The notes beneath the pieces were generated by a model that worked only from the letters and a program-made list of their open reading frames with translations, ran no database searches and was not told the origin of the DNA. This document shows, one piece after another, positions 12,217 to 25,324 of a stretch of DNA of 64,000 bases. The position numbers were made by a program, and so were the translations under genes. The stretch comes from Octopus vulgaris. Lineage: Eukaryota. Where the stretch lies: positions 36,270,001-36,334,000 of the forward strand of contig OX597840.1 in NCBI GenBank assembly GCA_951406725.2, read 5' to 3'. Position 1 is the stretch's first letter; every line of letters starts with the position of its first letter.

Positions 12217-13178
12217 ACTGTGATGGCCAGATAAGATGTTCAAGTTCACTAGAATGTTCCTCGTACCATTCAGTAAAGCTTTAGCGGTGTGAATTGGTAC
12301 ATTATCATCCTGAAAGATTGTGTTTCCATCTAGAAACAGTTCTGTGAACATAGGATGAATTTGATCTGATAAAATACTTAAATAGTCTTGACTATTAATT
12401 CTGCCATGAAGGGAAACCATTGGGCCGGCAGATTTCCAAGATATAGCCCCCCACCCCCGATCATCACAGATCCTGCTCTATGTTTAACAGTGGGAAGAAG
12501 GCAGTCTGGGTCAAAAGCTTCTTTTGGCTGTCTCCACGCGCATACTTCGCTGGAGGTCGGAAATAAGGTAAAGGATGACTCATCCGAGAAAATAACATTC
12601 TTCCACTGCTCTAAGGACCAATTCTGTAGGGGTTTTTTTTCCACTCTAAATGCTTTGCGACTTTTATTTTTGAAAGTATTGATTTTCTGATTGCAGCTCC
12701 TAGCGAACAGTTTTTATGGAAACTGTGTTCTCTAGGTGGTCATTAAGCTCTGCAATAATTTTGGGAGCTGTACTTTTGTGATCCTTTCTAACAATTCATG
12801 TAAAAGCCCGATGGTCCCTATTGAAAAGTTTTGGTTTTCTTCTGGAGTTTTGTTTCGACAAGGAAGTTTTTCCCTCTTTCTCAAAGGCTGTCATTACTTT
12901 TGAGACAGTACTTCTTGAAACACCAACCATTTTGTCTGTTTTCGTTACGCTAGCACCTGCCAATTTCATCTCCTTGAAAGTCCGATAGAGGTGTCATTTT
13001 AATGAATTTTAATTACCTATTTCTGAGGATATCTGAAAAGAAACAGCAATTTTAGCAAAACATATTAAGCGACGCTATTAATAAATCAAAAAAAAAAAAA
13101 CTAACAAACTTTTGACAGTTTTATAGATATTTCAGAATTATGATGCTAGGTGTTTCCATTATTTTGTCCAACCCTGTA
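12217..13178 (-). mobile_element. Tc1-like transposon, truncated
   Basis: WKNVIFSDESSF, PTVKH..GSVM and FQDDN.PIHTA motifs; TIR CAGGGTTGGACAAAATAATGGAAAC next to TA at about 13152-13178. Confidence 0.88.
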
Positions 13179-13272
13179 TATTCATTCACAAAAATGTTTT
13201 ATAAAAATACATACATTTATTTTCCCATAAAAATATAAAGCTGTATTTACTCAGAAACAAACTCTACGTAAA

Positions 13273-13482
13273 TACGAGTGGTAATAAAACGTTTCTGGCT
13301 TTACGAAAGGCCTAGCTGGAGACCCAATATTCCGAGTTCTTTTAAAGGGCTTGGAAAAACTGAAGGGCTGCTGCAATAAGCATGTGAATCTGAGAGGGGA
13401 ATATGTTGAATAACATCATAATTAACTGATCCTCCTCTATTTTCTTTTACCCAAAACCAGGAACTTTCAGCACCCCCTCGTA
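13273..13482 (+). mobile_element. Mariner-derived MITE
   Basis: TACGAG...CTCGTA ends and internal gctgcaataag..tgtgaatctgagaggggaatatgttgaataa; related copies at about 14990-15208, 18330-18530 and 24661-24870 (inverted). Confidence 0.7.
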
Positions 13483-13530
13483 TCTACATAAAATAACATA
13501 CATAAATATTAGCTTCAAGATTTCACTTAC

Positions 13531-13596
13531 CTTGGAAAATGTGGCACACTAACTAGAGTTTGGTTTGGGCTGAGAAGTTGTTTAATTGCTTTACGT
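13531..13596 (-). CDS. GCLC-like coding exon 4
   Basis: ttttag|A+RKAIKQLLSPNQTLVSVPHFP+AG|gtaagt; 66 nt; homologous to RKEATSILEENQALCTITSFPR. Confidence 0.88.
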
Positions 13597-15531
13597 CTAA
13601 AATATTAACAAGATAGATTCTTGATGAGTCATGGAACTGAACAAAACAGATTTCATACATATTGTACTTAAAAAGTAACAACAACAAAAACAACGATGTT
13701 TGGAAAATATTTAATATTTTGAGGTTGGTTTTGTGAAGGCAGAAGGCTTAATGGTTAGGGTATTCAGCTCACTATTGTAAGGTTGTGCATTGTGTCTTTG
13801 AGCAAGGCACTTTGCTTTGTTGCATTGTTTCAGTATACTCAGCTGGCAAAAATGAGTTGCACATGTACTTTAAAAGGCCAGCAATGTCGTATTTTGTGTT
13901 AAGCTGAATTTCTCTGAGAACTGTATTAAGGGTACATGTGTCTGTGGAGTAGTTCAGCTATTTGCATGGTATTTTCGTGAGCAGGCTGTTGTTCTGCTGA
14001 TCGGATCAACTGGAATAACTGCCAGTTTTGTGTGGTTGTTTTGCTTTGTCTCTTTCTTTTTCTATCCTGTGATGTCCATTTAAAAGCGGTTTTAGAACAG
14101 CAGTGGTCTGTTAGCCAGAGTATGTGATCTGCTAGTTTTAACCTTTGCTCTTTGATAATCTATAATGATTTTGTAGTCTTGTGGTGGCTCTCTTGAGGCC
14201 AATATCACATGACCATACATATGACAGCCCATAAATGGTGATGGCTTGGTCAATCGATCCAAAACAGTTATCCTCTTCTGCCTCCAACTCATTGTTTCTC
14301 ATGGAAGTAGATGTGGCTGACAAAACCGATATAAGATAGACTGATCCTGTGGCACTGAGGGCCCTGAAATTGACCCTGAACAACAACTGCAGGGGGTTGA
14401 TTGCAATATCTCCTCTCTTTATGCAGTTTCACACGTCCAGATTCAAAGCACTCTACTTCAGCATCACACATGTATCTCAATGCCTTCTGGTTATCACCCA
14501 TAACAATTTTTCTTGAAACAAATTTTTAACAGCTTGATGGCCATCCTGTCACCAACCCTCACCTGTATCGAAGCAGGATAATACTTACCCATAGCCAAAC
14601 ATGTTTTTCATGGAAGATTTCAAATGGGAAGTGTCGCTTGTATGACAATGATGCTTGTTTACAACCGTCCCATGATGTTGAGACAAGGACACATACACAC
14701 ACATAAATAAGTCATCACCAGAAATACAGAGAAAGTGATTTGTCTCTTAGGAACCAATAACCAACAACGATGTTATTGCTTATGCAATATACAATGTGAA
14801 AAATAGTTCTGCAAGCCTGGCTGTGTAGCAAGAAGTTCATTTCACAATCATATGATCTTCAGATCAATCCCACTGCATGGCACCTTGGTCTTCTCTTAAA
14901 GCCAGAGGTGAACCATTATCTTTTGAGTGGATTTGGTAGACAGAAACTGAAAGAAGCCCATTTATATGTGTGTGTGTGTGTGTGTGTGTACACTTGGGGT
15001 TGCTGAAAAATGACTGTCTTTAAGAATATCACAAAAGCCTGGTTGGAGGCCCAACCTTCTGAGTTCTTTTGTGGGGATAGGAAAACTGAAAGACCTCTGC
15101 AATAAGCATCTGAATCCCAGAGAGGAAGATGTTGAATAAAATCATAATTCACTGATCCACCTGTATTTTCTTTCATCCCAAACCAGGAACTTTTCAACGC
15201 TCCTCATACGTGTGTGTGTGTATATGTGTACACACGTGGTATTGTCTTCTTGCCTTGACTTCATGCGACAATTGTAAACAAATATCACTGACATACAGGA
15301 GGTGTCCTTTGTTTCCAGTCCTTCATGAAAACATGTCTGTTCATGAGGAATATTGCCTTGCTTGGAAGTTGATGTCAACAAGTGAAGTTGATGACAAGAA
15401 GGGCATCAGATCATAGAAAATCCACCTCGGTGTTTCCGTCCAACCCATGCAAGCATGGAAAAGTGGATGTTAAATCAATGTCAATGATGATGATGAAATG
15501 TAAATAAAGTACATGAAAATATTTTGCTTAC

Positions 15532-15639
15532 CTTTCTTTAAAATGTTCTTCGGTAAGGTTCAAATCTGTGATGGAACTGCCAAATGGGTTTTTTGGTATG
15601 CCTTCCAGAATATATTCGAGACTTTCTGGAACCCATTCG
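15532..15639 (-). CDS. GCLC-like coding exon 3
   Basis: aag|C+EWVPESLEYILEGIPKNPFGSSITDLNLTEEHFKE+AG|gtaagc; 108 nt; homologous to WRPEYGSYMIEGTPGQPYG. The acceptor is weak (purine-rich), but phase fits. Confidence 0.85.
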
Positions 15640-15784
15640 CTTTTAATGTATTGTTTTTAAAAAGATAAATTATATTTATCAAGTTAGAAAGCATATAATT
15701 TTAAGAATTAATTATAGATTTTTTCCAGTTGTTTTTGTTTTGAGTATGATGAAAGAATGTTTAAATTGCAATTTTATATAATTA

Positions 15785-16370
15785 CTAGTAGAGATACTCA
15801 GCATTGCTCGGGATTAAAATGGCATAGTTTGTATATATATCAGTTATTATATATAGTTTGTATATATATATATGAGTTATGTTGAAACTGGTGATACGGG
15901 AAAGTGCAACATTGACAACAAAATATTTTGGGAGTAAATGATGGTCTAATTTGACTAAGCGACAAGCAGTAAGTCCCTTTGGAGGATTTCAGGCCTTAAC
16001 CTATCATGGAAAACTGGGAGTAGTGCGGTATGTAATTTTTGAACCCACCAAAAAGTTGTCAGTAGATATACTTGCAAATTTCTTTATAATCATAATCTAT
16101 GCCGTTTGAAAGGGATTTGTATAAATTGTCATTAAAAGACACCCATTTTCCTGAAAGTTATGAGGGGAGAAAAGTTACATCATGTGAATTTTCCGAAACA
16201 CTTCTCTCCACCCCCTCGTAAAAATTATTTCCCATCAATCCCTGTATACTCTGAAACCACAACATCTAAGCGGTATTTGTAGAAAATTTTGTTAAAAAGT
16301 ATCCATTTTTCTGTATGAGACAACAAAGTTGGGAGCGTATACATCTGTAGTAAGGCCCTTTTATTTATAA
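15785..16370 (+). mobile_element. Possible Helentron/DINE-like non-autonomous element
   Basis: Begins ACTAG...cattgctcggg, has internal sub-repeats and ends ccttttatttata; related pieces near 47470-47730 and 55590-55930. Confidence 0.4.
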
Positions 16371-16437
16371 AATTTTTCATTTCATGTTCATTTCATTCAT
16401 TGTTTGCAATGTTCTCTCTTCTCGTCTGTCTGTCTGC

Positions 16438-16470
<33 letters not shown>

Positions 16471-16838
16471 ACTCACACACACACTCTGCAAAGCTTACAG
16501 ATGGACTGCTGAATTGAAATCTCTATGCTGCTTTGAGGGGAAGGTAAAACTTGATAAACTGCCTCTCCTTCTGTTGTTAGACTACCGTGATGTTTGTTTA
16601 AAAAAAAAATTATGACTGTGATAAAATAATGAAAGCAGTATTTACTAAGCAAGTGAACACTATTATACAAAGAAATGATTAGACATAAAATATAAAAATT
16701 ATTAGAATTGAGAATCAAATGTGAAAATATTATCAAGGGGATAGCAGAAAACCACCCGGAGGCTGTCTTTCTGCCAGTATAGATAATGAAAATTAATTCT
16801 AAAATATATGATAATTTCATTCTTGCTGTGTTTCTTTA

Positions 16839-16876
<38 letters not shown>

Positions 16877-17429
16877 TTCTGTCAGTTATGGCAATGAGGG
16901 TTCCAGTTGAGCCAATCAATTCAAGAGCCAGCTCATGAAATTGACATGTAAGTGGCTGAGTCGATCACAGAAAGTGACAAAGCTGGTCCCTTAAAATATG
17001 AATACTACTCAAGCTTCTATATCACTGGAAGAAAGGGATCCAAACCAAAGAGATTAAACCGAAAATGGTGTAATTGTTCAACCCATGCTCTTGCTTTGAT
17101 AAATTACAGAAACTGTCGCATATAAAACAGAGGCTTTCCGTTGGTGCACAAGGCCAGCAATGTTGAGGGAGTGGATTAGTTGATATTGTTGAATCCAGGA
17201 ATTGACTAGATAAATATTTTATTGATCCAAGAGGGACAAAAGGCAAATTTACCATGGAGAGATTTGAACTCACAATGTAACGCTTAGTATAGTATATATA
17301 ACTATGTGACTAAATCAACCACTAAGATGGCATTCAATGTTGAAATCCCTCTAAACATTAAAATCAATGAGTTGAGACAGAAAAGAGAAACAGGTTCCAG
17401 TGATGTGAACCAAACTACGCATCTGTCTC

Positions 17430-17485
<56 letters not shown>

Positions 17486-17574
17486 AATTATCCAAATTAT
17501 TGTTTATAATAACTTCCATTCATCATCAAGGATTAAAGGATTATTGAAAATCAAGTGCACATAATTATACTCAC

Positions 17575-17681
17575 CTTGATTCTAATCCCTTTACTTCAGG
17601 AGATTCAAGTAAGGACATGGAATTCAACAATAACTGGACAACTTTTTGATCATGGTCAAATTGTATTAATGAAAACTCAAT
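17575..17681 (-). CDS. GCLC-like coding exon 2
   Basis: ttttttag|IEFSLIQFDHDQKVVQLLLNSMSLLESPEVKGLES+AG|gtgagt; 107 nt; homologous to VEYMLVSFDHENKKVRL; phase fits neighbours. Confidence 0.9.
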
Positions 17682-20139
17682 CTAAAAAAAAGATCAAATC
17701 AGTTGTTTCTGAAAATCATATAAATGGGAGAAACAGATGTTTGAAAAAGTTCACAGAATATTAAATAGCACTTTGTAAACATCATGTCCTTACTATTGGT
17801 CAACTGAATCTACTTTTTTATCCAAAGGTTCTTTAAGCAAATATTTAAACGGTATCATTTATGGTTTTATCTCCTTTGAGATCCATCAATAAAACCTGAT
17901 TACTTTTCTTGAATTCTGTTGTTCCAGCTTCTATAATTTTTAGAGAAATATACTTCCAAAACTCAGTGTCAAAGGAACCAGAAATAGAACAGCCTGCCTC
18001 AGAGCCCTTTAATTTGTTGCGAGTTTTAAAAGAAAAGAGGACAAAGCTGTAATGAAAAACTGTTCTATGAGTAGAACCTGAAGGCAGTTATAAACAGGTA
18101 GTTGTTTGTGAAGCATACAGATTTAAGCACTCACCAGTGAGAAAAAAGGTAAAAAAAAAGGAATGTTGTTATTGGGTAGGAGATGCTCTGAAGACAAGTT
18201 GGATGCTGAAGCAAAACCAAGGTCATAAATACATTCGTCATACAAGTAATCACATACAGCTTCAATGTTATTAACTATTGCTGATATCAACAAAGCTGAT
18301 GTAAAAAATCTGAAAGCTGATATCAGTGCATCATATACAGGATGAGGTGTTGAAAAGGATATCGTGAAAGGCCCAAACTTCTGAGTTCTTTCAAAGGGCT
18401 TAGAAAATCTGAAGGGCCTCTGCAAGAAGTGTGTGAATCTGAGTGGAGAATATGTTAAATAAAATCACAATTGACTGATCCCCTTGTATTGCCTTTTACC
18501 CAAAGCTAGGAACTTTTCAGCACCCATCACATCACCTAAAAGAAGACATAGATCAAATATATCTTCAGAAAAAAAGTTGTTGTAGTGGGCTGTTAATGCA
18601 ATCCCAACTCTCATTGAACATTGCAACCATGTCCACATGAAACATGGTTCTCAATCTTGAAAATACCAAAACGTTGCACTCAGTGATGGAAAAAGGCTAT
18701 AATATACCTGAGGGAAATACAACTAGATACTATTTGAACCAGAACCTGAAGACAATATGTCTCCAAATGAAATGGCATAACAAATAAAAATACAACCAAA
18801 CAAACCAGCCACCAAATATACTAAAAGGAAAGGAGAGCAAAAGCTACTGCATGGCAAATACCTGATTAGAATTATTAATCATGTTGTAGACCAAATTCTT
18901 AACTGCCAATTCAGAAACTATTGTTATTACTAATAAGGATGAGTGCCTTTCAGTTAAGAATTGCCAGTGGAATGTTCTAAAAAGATGAAAGCAGTCCATC
19001 ATGTTGCATATGCAGAGAACATTCAGAGACAATTGGTCCACATCATCTCTGGATGAGAACAACTGATACGAAAATATTACTTGCAAAGACGTGGCAGTAC
19101 AGTTCAGTATATAGACTGATCAAGATGCCTCTCATACAACTTCCCTCACAAAGATGTAGGAACACAAGCCACATGTTGCTCAGAAGGATGGTGCTTCCAT
19201 CCTTTGGAATTTCAGTGTTCAGACTGATCGGCAAACTCAGGCTAACCAGCCAGATATCATGTTCATTAAGAAAATCTCTTTTAATTAATTAATTTGTTAG
19301 TTGCAAAACCATTGACTGTGTGACACTGTTTTTCTATATATTGCAAGCTGGAGTAAACTACCACTATGTCTAGCAAACGAGTATCCACTACAAAGGATGA
19401 TCAAAATAAGATTGAAATCACATGATATAGTGGTCTCCAAGCTAGGATACTAGAAAGGTCTCCCCCCACATGCAATATATATCCTGGCGTTAAAATAGCA
19501 GTATTGTCTGTTCTTGTACAGTTGGCAATAAACATTACAACTAGATATCTTTTTAAAAATTCATATTGAAAAGACATCTTTTGATGGATGCCGACGAAGC
19601 ACATCTGTGAAAACGTCGAAGAATGTGACATCTCAAATCAACATTACCTACAGCTATTGGGGAATTTGGGATGATATCAAAAGGAGCAAACAAAAATGCA
19701 AGCCATAATTTATAGCAACCTCAAAATAAGGTCCATTAAGGGTTCTTTACAAATCTTATGTAAATTCCTTTCCATGTAAATACAATCTTATTCATTAAGT
19801 CTTTTTTGTGGAGGCACATGGCTCAGTGGTTAAAGTATTGCACTCTTGATTGTAAAATTATGGTTTTAATTGCTGGACTGGGCAATGTGTTGTGTTCTTG
19901 GGCAAAACACTTCATTTCATTGCTCCAATTGATTAACTTGCAAAAAATGAATAATCCTTAATGGACCACCATCACATCTGACAGCAAAAGAAAATCTTGG
20001 TAAACACAAGCATGACCACAAAAGAAAACCTTTTTTTTCTTTGTTACTATTGTGTATATCAGATGATGAAGAAGAGGATGAGATGTTGTTTGGGAACAAA
20101 TCCATCCTAACCATGCCAGCTGATTGTTGTTGTTGTTTA

Positions 20140-21060
20140 TAAAGGTGGCAAACTGGCAGAATGGTTAGCATACTGGATGAAATGCTTGGCAGTATTTTGC
20201 CTGTCACTACGTTCTGGGTACAAATTCTGCCGAGAATCGACTTTGCCTTTCATCCTTTGGGTTGATAAATTAAGTACCAGTGAATCACTGGCATTTTATT
20301 TATTTATAATTAATTGACTAGTCCCCTCCCCTCAAATTTTGAGCATTGTGCCTATAGAAGAAAGTATTATTATCATCATCATCATCATTAAGGCTTTGAG
20401 GGTGGTCAACTGCCAAAATTGTTAGCATGATGGGCAAAATGCTTAGTGACATTCCGTCCGTCTTTACGTTCAAATTCCTCTGAGGTCAGCTTTGCTTTCT
20501 CCTTTCGAGGTTGATAAATTAAGTACCAGTCATACGAATGGGATGTAATTGACTATTCTCCTCCTCACAAATTTCAGACCTTATTCCTTTTGTAGAAAGG
20601 ATTATTAAGGTTGCAAGCTGACCATATCATTAGCATGCCAGGAAAAATATTTAGCAATATTTCACCAATCTTTACGTTCTGAACTCAAATTCTGCTGAGG
20701 TTGATTTTACATTTCATTCTTTCGTGTTTGATAAAATAAGTACCAGTTGAGTACTGGGGTCAATGTAATCACTACACTTCCCTTGAAAAAGCTGCTGGCC
20801 TTGTGCCAAAATTTTGAAACCATTGTTATTGTTATGAAGAAGGTAACAAGCTGGCCGAACCATTGGACACCGGAAAAATTGCTTAGCAACATTTTGTTTG
20901 TCATTTTGTTGAAATTTAAAATTCTGCTGGGATCAACTTTATTTTTCACCCTTTCAGGGTCGATAAAATAACTAACAGTTAAGCACTGGAGTCTATGTAA
21001 TTGACTAGCTCCATCCTACTAGATTCCAGGCCTTGCATCTTTAGTACAAAGGATTATTAC
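20140..21060 (+). mobile_element. Head-to-tail cluster of four family-1 SINE copies
   Basis: Copies start near 20143, 20400, 20608 and 20841, each with the aaattc...ttt...gataaa.taagtaccagt core. Confidence 0.75.
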
Positions 21061-21235
21061 TGGAGAATTTTAAAACATTAATAACTGCAATGCTTTTTAG
21101 ACTCGAGGATTAATTTAAAATCGACAAACTCTCCCCACTTCTCTCTCTCTCTTTCTGTATCTCTCTTCCTTTCTCCATCTTTCTATTTCTCTCAGTTTTT
21201 CTCATGCATAAATTTCTATAGTAGGTTATACTTGC

Positions 21236-21385
21236 CTCATCGCCCCAATAAAAGGGATAATTATTTTGGTCCTTATATTTTCTATACAGATGAACAAACT
21301 GCATTCTTGATTGGTCCTTAATATGTGGAATCAAGGGTTCGATTTCCTCCCATGTCAAAAAAGAATGGTCTGTTGCTGAAATCAT
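21236..21385 (-). CDS. GCLC-like (glutamate-cysteine ligase catalytic subunit homolog), coding exon 1
   Basis: Translates MISATDHSFLTWEEIEPLIPHIKDQSRMQFVHLYRKYKDQNNYPFYWGDE (50 aa), matching the GCLC N-terminus (L[ST]WEE...QF...Y...WGDE). Upstream acceptor ttgcag ends at 21449. The donor is GAG|GCAAGT. Confidence 0.9.
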
Positions 21386-21617
21386 TTTGAATCTAATCCA
21401 CAAACGATTCTTACAACCAGTTTTGCTTTGTTTGATCTTCAAGAAGAACTGCAATTGGAGATAAAAGAAAATATGAAACTGAACTTAATGAGCAAAAATT
21501 TTTTTATCTTATAAATATTTAGTTCTTTGTCTCTTAAATGATTCCATATGCAGCAAAAATGTAATTTATATATATTTCTGCATCTTATTTAATGTTTGAT
21601 GTAAATTACTTAATTGT

Positions 21618-21707
21618 CATATATATAAGTAAGTATGTGTGTATGCATATATGTATGCATATATATATATATATTTATATAAGTGTGTGTATATATATAT
21701 ATTTATT

Positions 21708-21748
<41 letters not shown>

Positions 21749-21798
21749 GTGTGTATATATATATATATATTTATGTGTGTATATATATATATATATAT

Positions 21799-21846
<48 letters not shown>

Positions 21847-21882
21847 GCGTGTGTATATATATATATATATTTATATATGTGC

Positions 21883-21915
<33 letters not shown>
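21618..21915. repeat. (TA)n/(TG)n compound microsatellite
   Basis: Directly visible; similar tracts at 31974-32136, 35307-35532 and 61695-61962. Confidence 0.95.
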
Positions 21916-21919
<4 letters not shown>

Positions 21920-21926
21920 GTATAAA

Positions 21927-23103
21927 CACATAGAAGTGGTTGATAGCTTCCGTTACATAGGTGACCAATTCAATAATAGGGGTGGGTGCTCTGAAAGTGT
22001 AGCTGCTAGAATAAGAATAGCCTGGGCAAAGTTCAGAGAGCTCTTACCTCTGCTGGTGACAAAGGGCCTCTTGCTCAGAGTAAAAGGTAGACTGTATGAT
22101 GCCTGTGTATGAACAGCTAAACTACATGGCAGTGAAACATGGGCCGTGACTACTCAGGACATGTGTATGCTCGCAAGGAATGAAGCCAGTATGATCCGAT
22201 GGATGTGTAATGTCAGTGTGCATACTCAACAAAGTATAAGTGCCTTGAGAGAAAAGTTGGACCTAAGAAGCATCATATGTGGTGTGCAATAGAGATGACT
22301 GAGTTGGTATGGTCATGTGGTGAGAATGGACGAGGATAGCTGTGTGAAAAAGTGTCATACCCTTGCAGTTGAGGGAACCTGTGGAAGAAGTTGACCCAGG
22401 GATGAGGTGGTGAAGCATGACCCTAGAACATTAGGCCTCTCCGAAGCAATGACTAGTGACCGAGACATATAGAAATATGCTGTACTTGAGAAGACCTGAC
22501 AAGCTAAGTGAGACCTTAACCTGTGGCTTATGCCTGTGGTGTAACCAGCCCACTTAGGCATACATTTCCTTCATTGGACACTAAACCCTGCTTGCGAAGT
22601 TCTTTTTGAGGCAAGTGAAATTGTAATCAAATTCGATGACAGCACCGCATGACTGGCATGCATGCTAATGGAGCGCTAAGAGCACCATCTGACTGTGATC
22701 GCTGTGAGGGCCACTGACAGGCTCCCATGCCAGTGGCATGTAAAAAACATCATCCAAGCATGATCGTTACCAGTGTTGCTTCACTGGCACATGTGCCAGT
22801 GGAACGTGAAAAACAACATTTGAGCAAGGTCGTTGCCAGTGGGACTGGACTGGCTCCTGTGCAGGTGGTACATAAAAACACCATTTGAGCTGGCCGTTGC
22901 CAGTACCACTTTACTAGCCCTCATGCTGGTGGCACATAAAAGCACCCACTACACTCTTGGAGTGGTTGGCGTTAGGAAGGGCATCCAGCTGTAGAAATTC
23001 TGCCAAATCAGATTGGAGCCTGGTGCAGCCATCTGGCTCACCAGTCCTCAGTCAAACCATCCAAACCATGCCAGCATGAAAAGTGAACGTTAAACGATGA
23101 TGA
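21927..23103 (+). mobile_element. RTE LINE 3' fragment with 3' UTR
   Basis: [12 protein letters not shown]...[12 protein letters not shown]...KGRLYDACV; UTR sub-repeats ggtggcac.taaaa; (GAT)n tail. Confidence 0.9.
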
Positions 23104-25020
23104 CACACACACACACACACACATATACGGCGCACGATAGCCCTCTTTCAGTTTCCATCTACCAAATCCAGGCTTTGATTAGTCCAGGGCTGTAGTAGAA
23201 GACAACTGCCCAAGATGCCACACAGTGGGACTGAAGCCAAAACGATGTGATTGGACGGCAAACTTCTTAGTTCATAGCCACTACATATTCAAACTGAAGT
23301 GTAACAAAAGATCTTTAATTAGAATTAAAAATTTGAGTAAAACGAAGTAATTGTGAGATCTGACCTGAAAGAAATTAACACTGAAGTAGAAATATTCATC
23401 TCCCCTAGATAAACCCAAATATATGGTTTATTACAAGAGATATTGGCAAAGGATTAAAGGACCTTCTCAAACCATGGGTGCATAAAGCCAATTTCCTGAA
23501 TCCTGTGATTATAAATTATGCCTTACCTAGACAGAGTGCCAGTCTGTGACAGGATTACTCATGTTTACAAGTTAAGTGGACTGGAGTAACATGAAACGAA
23601 GTATTTTCCTCAATAATACAAGGCCTCGTCCGGTCTAGGATTCGAAACCACAATCTTACAATCATGAATCCAACACCCTAATCATTAAGCCATGTGCCTC
23701 CACAGGTTATTTTATATGTGGATCATCCAAAGAAAATTTGTGTTGAGACAACCATAAAATGCAAAATTCACTAACTTCAGTAATGTATGATAAAATTTTA
23801 CACAAACAACCAAACTAATCATCCCTGTTTACTGTGAAACTATATAATTTTGAATGCAACACCCTAACTCCTAAACTAACAAAAGTACCAACCTTCGTGA
23901 TACTAAACTACTTGAGAGAGGCCCGTGTTTTAGCATACAAAATCCACTTGTTTTAAACATTTTGTATTTAATTTTGATCAAAGATGGATTCTCTTTTTAA
24001 TGTAAGTTACGTTCTAAAAAAGTTAGAACTGTTTGTGTCCTAGGGACTCAAAGGGACGGTTGCTAGGTTACACGTAACCAAAATCATCACATTCCTCCTG
24101 AATGATGCCAGTCCATCATAGAGTTATTCTTTTACAGTTGAGTAGACTAGAGCAACATAAAATGAACTGCCCTGCTCAAGAACACAATGCAGCACCCAAT
24201 CCAAGAATTGAAACCATGATTTTGTGATCAGATGTGCAACACCCGAATCAACTTTGTCACATATTTGTACTTGTATTCTAAATGTCAACTTAATAAAGAC
24301 AACCAACCTATTTTAAGAAATTTCTACTCTAAATTCTTGTATTGTGTTTTAGTATGATTCAGTTCATATCTAGAATGTATTATAAGAACCAACATTGAGT
24401 ACTTGACTGGTATTCAATTTTTATTGACCCAAGGATAAAAGACAAAGCTAACCTCATCAACATTTGAACTCAAAATTTAACTAAATATTCCGGGTGTTTT
24501 GTAACTGCAATAATTTTGTCAAACTACTATGTTAATTATTCTAAAAATTAATTAAAACGGATAGGCATATTCATTAGGAATATACTCAGTTTAGAAAACA
24601 CCCACAAGAAATTGCCTGAAATATTCCAGAAATGCTACAGACAATTGTAAAGAACCAATACTATGAGGGGGTGCTGAACAGTTCTGACATTTGGTAACAG
24701 AAAATACAGGACAATCTGTTAATTATGATTTTATTCAACATATTCCCCTCTCAAATTCACATACTTATTACAGCAGTCCTTCAGTTTTTCCAAGCCTTGT
24801 AAAAGAACTCTGAAGCTTGGTCTCCAACCACACCTTTAGCAACACCCTTAAAGCCAGGAACTTTTCAGTGGAGACTAAGACATCAACCAATAAATACTAA
24901 TTCATGTTAATTCAAAATTTGATTTACTATATAATTTAATTAATTATCATTTAAGATGTTAAATCATTTTAAATAACTTATAAACATAAAGAGGTCATTA
25001 ATAAATTTAAACATGCTCAC

Positions 25021-25130
25021 CTCAGATATTCAAAGCTTTTTCTTATCTTGCTTGCAGGTATCTGGCAGCTACCAAAGGTATGTTAATTTAAACATTAGAA
25101 GAGAGATACACTGCTTTGACAGTTTTTATA
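25021..25130 (-). promoter_or_regulatory. Candidate TATA promoter and non-coding first exon of the GCLC-like gene
   Basis: Minus strand has TATAAAAA at 25130-25123 and a strong donor GAG|GTGAGC at 25021/25020. Coding exon 1 begins with an acceptor, so an upstream UTR exon is needed. Confidence 0.45.
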
Positions 25131-25324
25131 CTCCCCAAAAAATGAAAGGACAATGAACTTTCTCTATAAATAGTCATGTAACCTTATATCTCTCTTTCAA
25201 CCCAGTAGTAAATCACATCTTGATACAATTCACTACTGTTTTTTCTTCTATATTTCTCTCACCACCTCATAACTTGTTACCTCTGTTTAAACATATTCTA
25301 CATATTATTCAAGAATATATCATC

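Noticed and set aside
14090-14590. Overlapping minus-strand ORFs
   Set aside because: No recognisable motif; probably an old retroelement fragment that I could not classify.
19588-19620. Weak hammerhead-like strings (also about 38836-38870, 47353-47420, 50218-50250)
   Set aside because: Core boxes are mutated and stems incomplete; not supportable without a family consensus.
21592-21933. Long Y/I/C/V-rich ORFs (also 31875-32239, 35230-35596, 61483-62017)
   Set aside because: Translations of TA/TG microsatellites that happen to lack stop codons.
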